A stretch of 64,000 bases of DNA, taken from Psilocybe cubensis (Eukaryota). Every line of letters begins with the position of its first letter. The stretch's first letter is position 1. The notes under the pieces are model-generated. The model searched no databases and had not been told where the DNA came from. It saw only the letters and a list, made by a program, of their open reading frames with translations. Below are positions 63,657 to 64,000 of the stretch, in pieces. Both the position numbers and the translations under genes were made by a program. The DNA is taken from assembly GCA_017499595.2 (NCBI GenBank), contig CM039005.1, positions 1,054,001 through 1,118,000 on the forward strand. Direction: 5' to 3'.

Positions 63657-64000
63657 GCTGTAAGTAGACTGTAAGTAGAATAAACACCTAAATTACACAA
63701 ATTGTCTTTGTCCGGTGTTAGTAAAACATACACATTTTCTATAAGTCGTACAAACAGCACTTACTGTAAGTAAAAATTACACACAAAGAAAACAATTTGT
63801 GTATGTTATACTTACACCATTAAATGAATTGAAAAACTTGTGTAAGTATAACATACACAAATTGTTTTCTTTGTGTGTAATTTTTACTTACAGTAAGTGC
63901 TGTTTGTACGACTTATAGAAAATGTGTATGTTTTACTAACACCGGACAAAGACAATTTGTGTAATTTAGGTGTTTATTCTACTTACAGTCCACTTACAGC
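63657..64000. repeat. Long near-perfect inverted repeat (161-bp arms, 22-bp spacer); may extend beyond the window
   Basis: 63657-63817 is the reverse complement of 63840-64000, with one mismatch seen. Confidence 0.95.

Overview
Eukaryotic, intron-rich DNA from an agaricomycete (mushroom-forming basidiomycete, probably Agaricales; inferred from short GT-AG introns, gene families and microexons; species not identifiable). The left half (1-31 kb) is a variable accessory region. It holds three paralogous PAH-inducible/OrdA-like (CYP5144-like) P450s, one truncated by the window edge and one carrying a +1 frameshift. It also has a DHA1 MFS efflux transporter, three AgaK1-type kinase-like genes (two are a tandem duplication with mosaic divergence), an orphan gene, and a two-RRM protein with a ~1,000-aa polyQ/S/G/A tail inside a microsatellite-rich domain. 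The right half is mostly housekeeping: intron-containing tRNA-Leu(AAG), Zn alcohol dehydrogenase, RSC8/SWI3-like subunit, a CYP5150-like P450, acid sphingomyelinase, ABCC transporter, a single-pass membrane protein and malic enzyme. It ends in ~6.5 kb without recognisable genes and a nested hairpin/foldback structure. Two non-autonomous TIR elements with exact target-site duplications (9 bp and 8 bp) are readable in the sequence. No novel system can be proven from sequence alone. The best candidates are the P450-MFS-kinase neighbourhood, the diversifying kinase pair and the terminal foldback element. Exon boundaries were read by eye.
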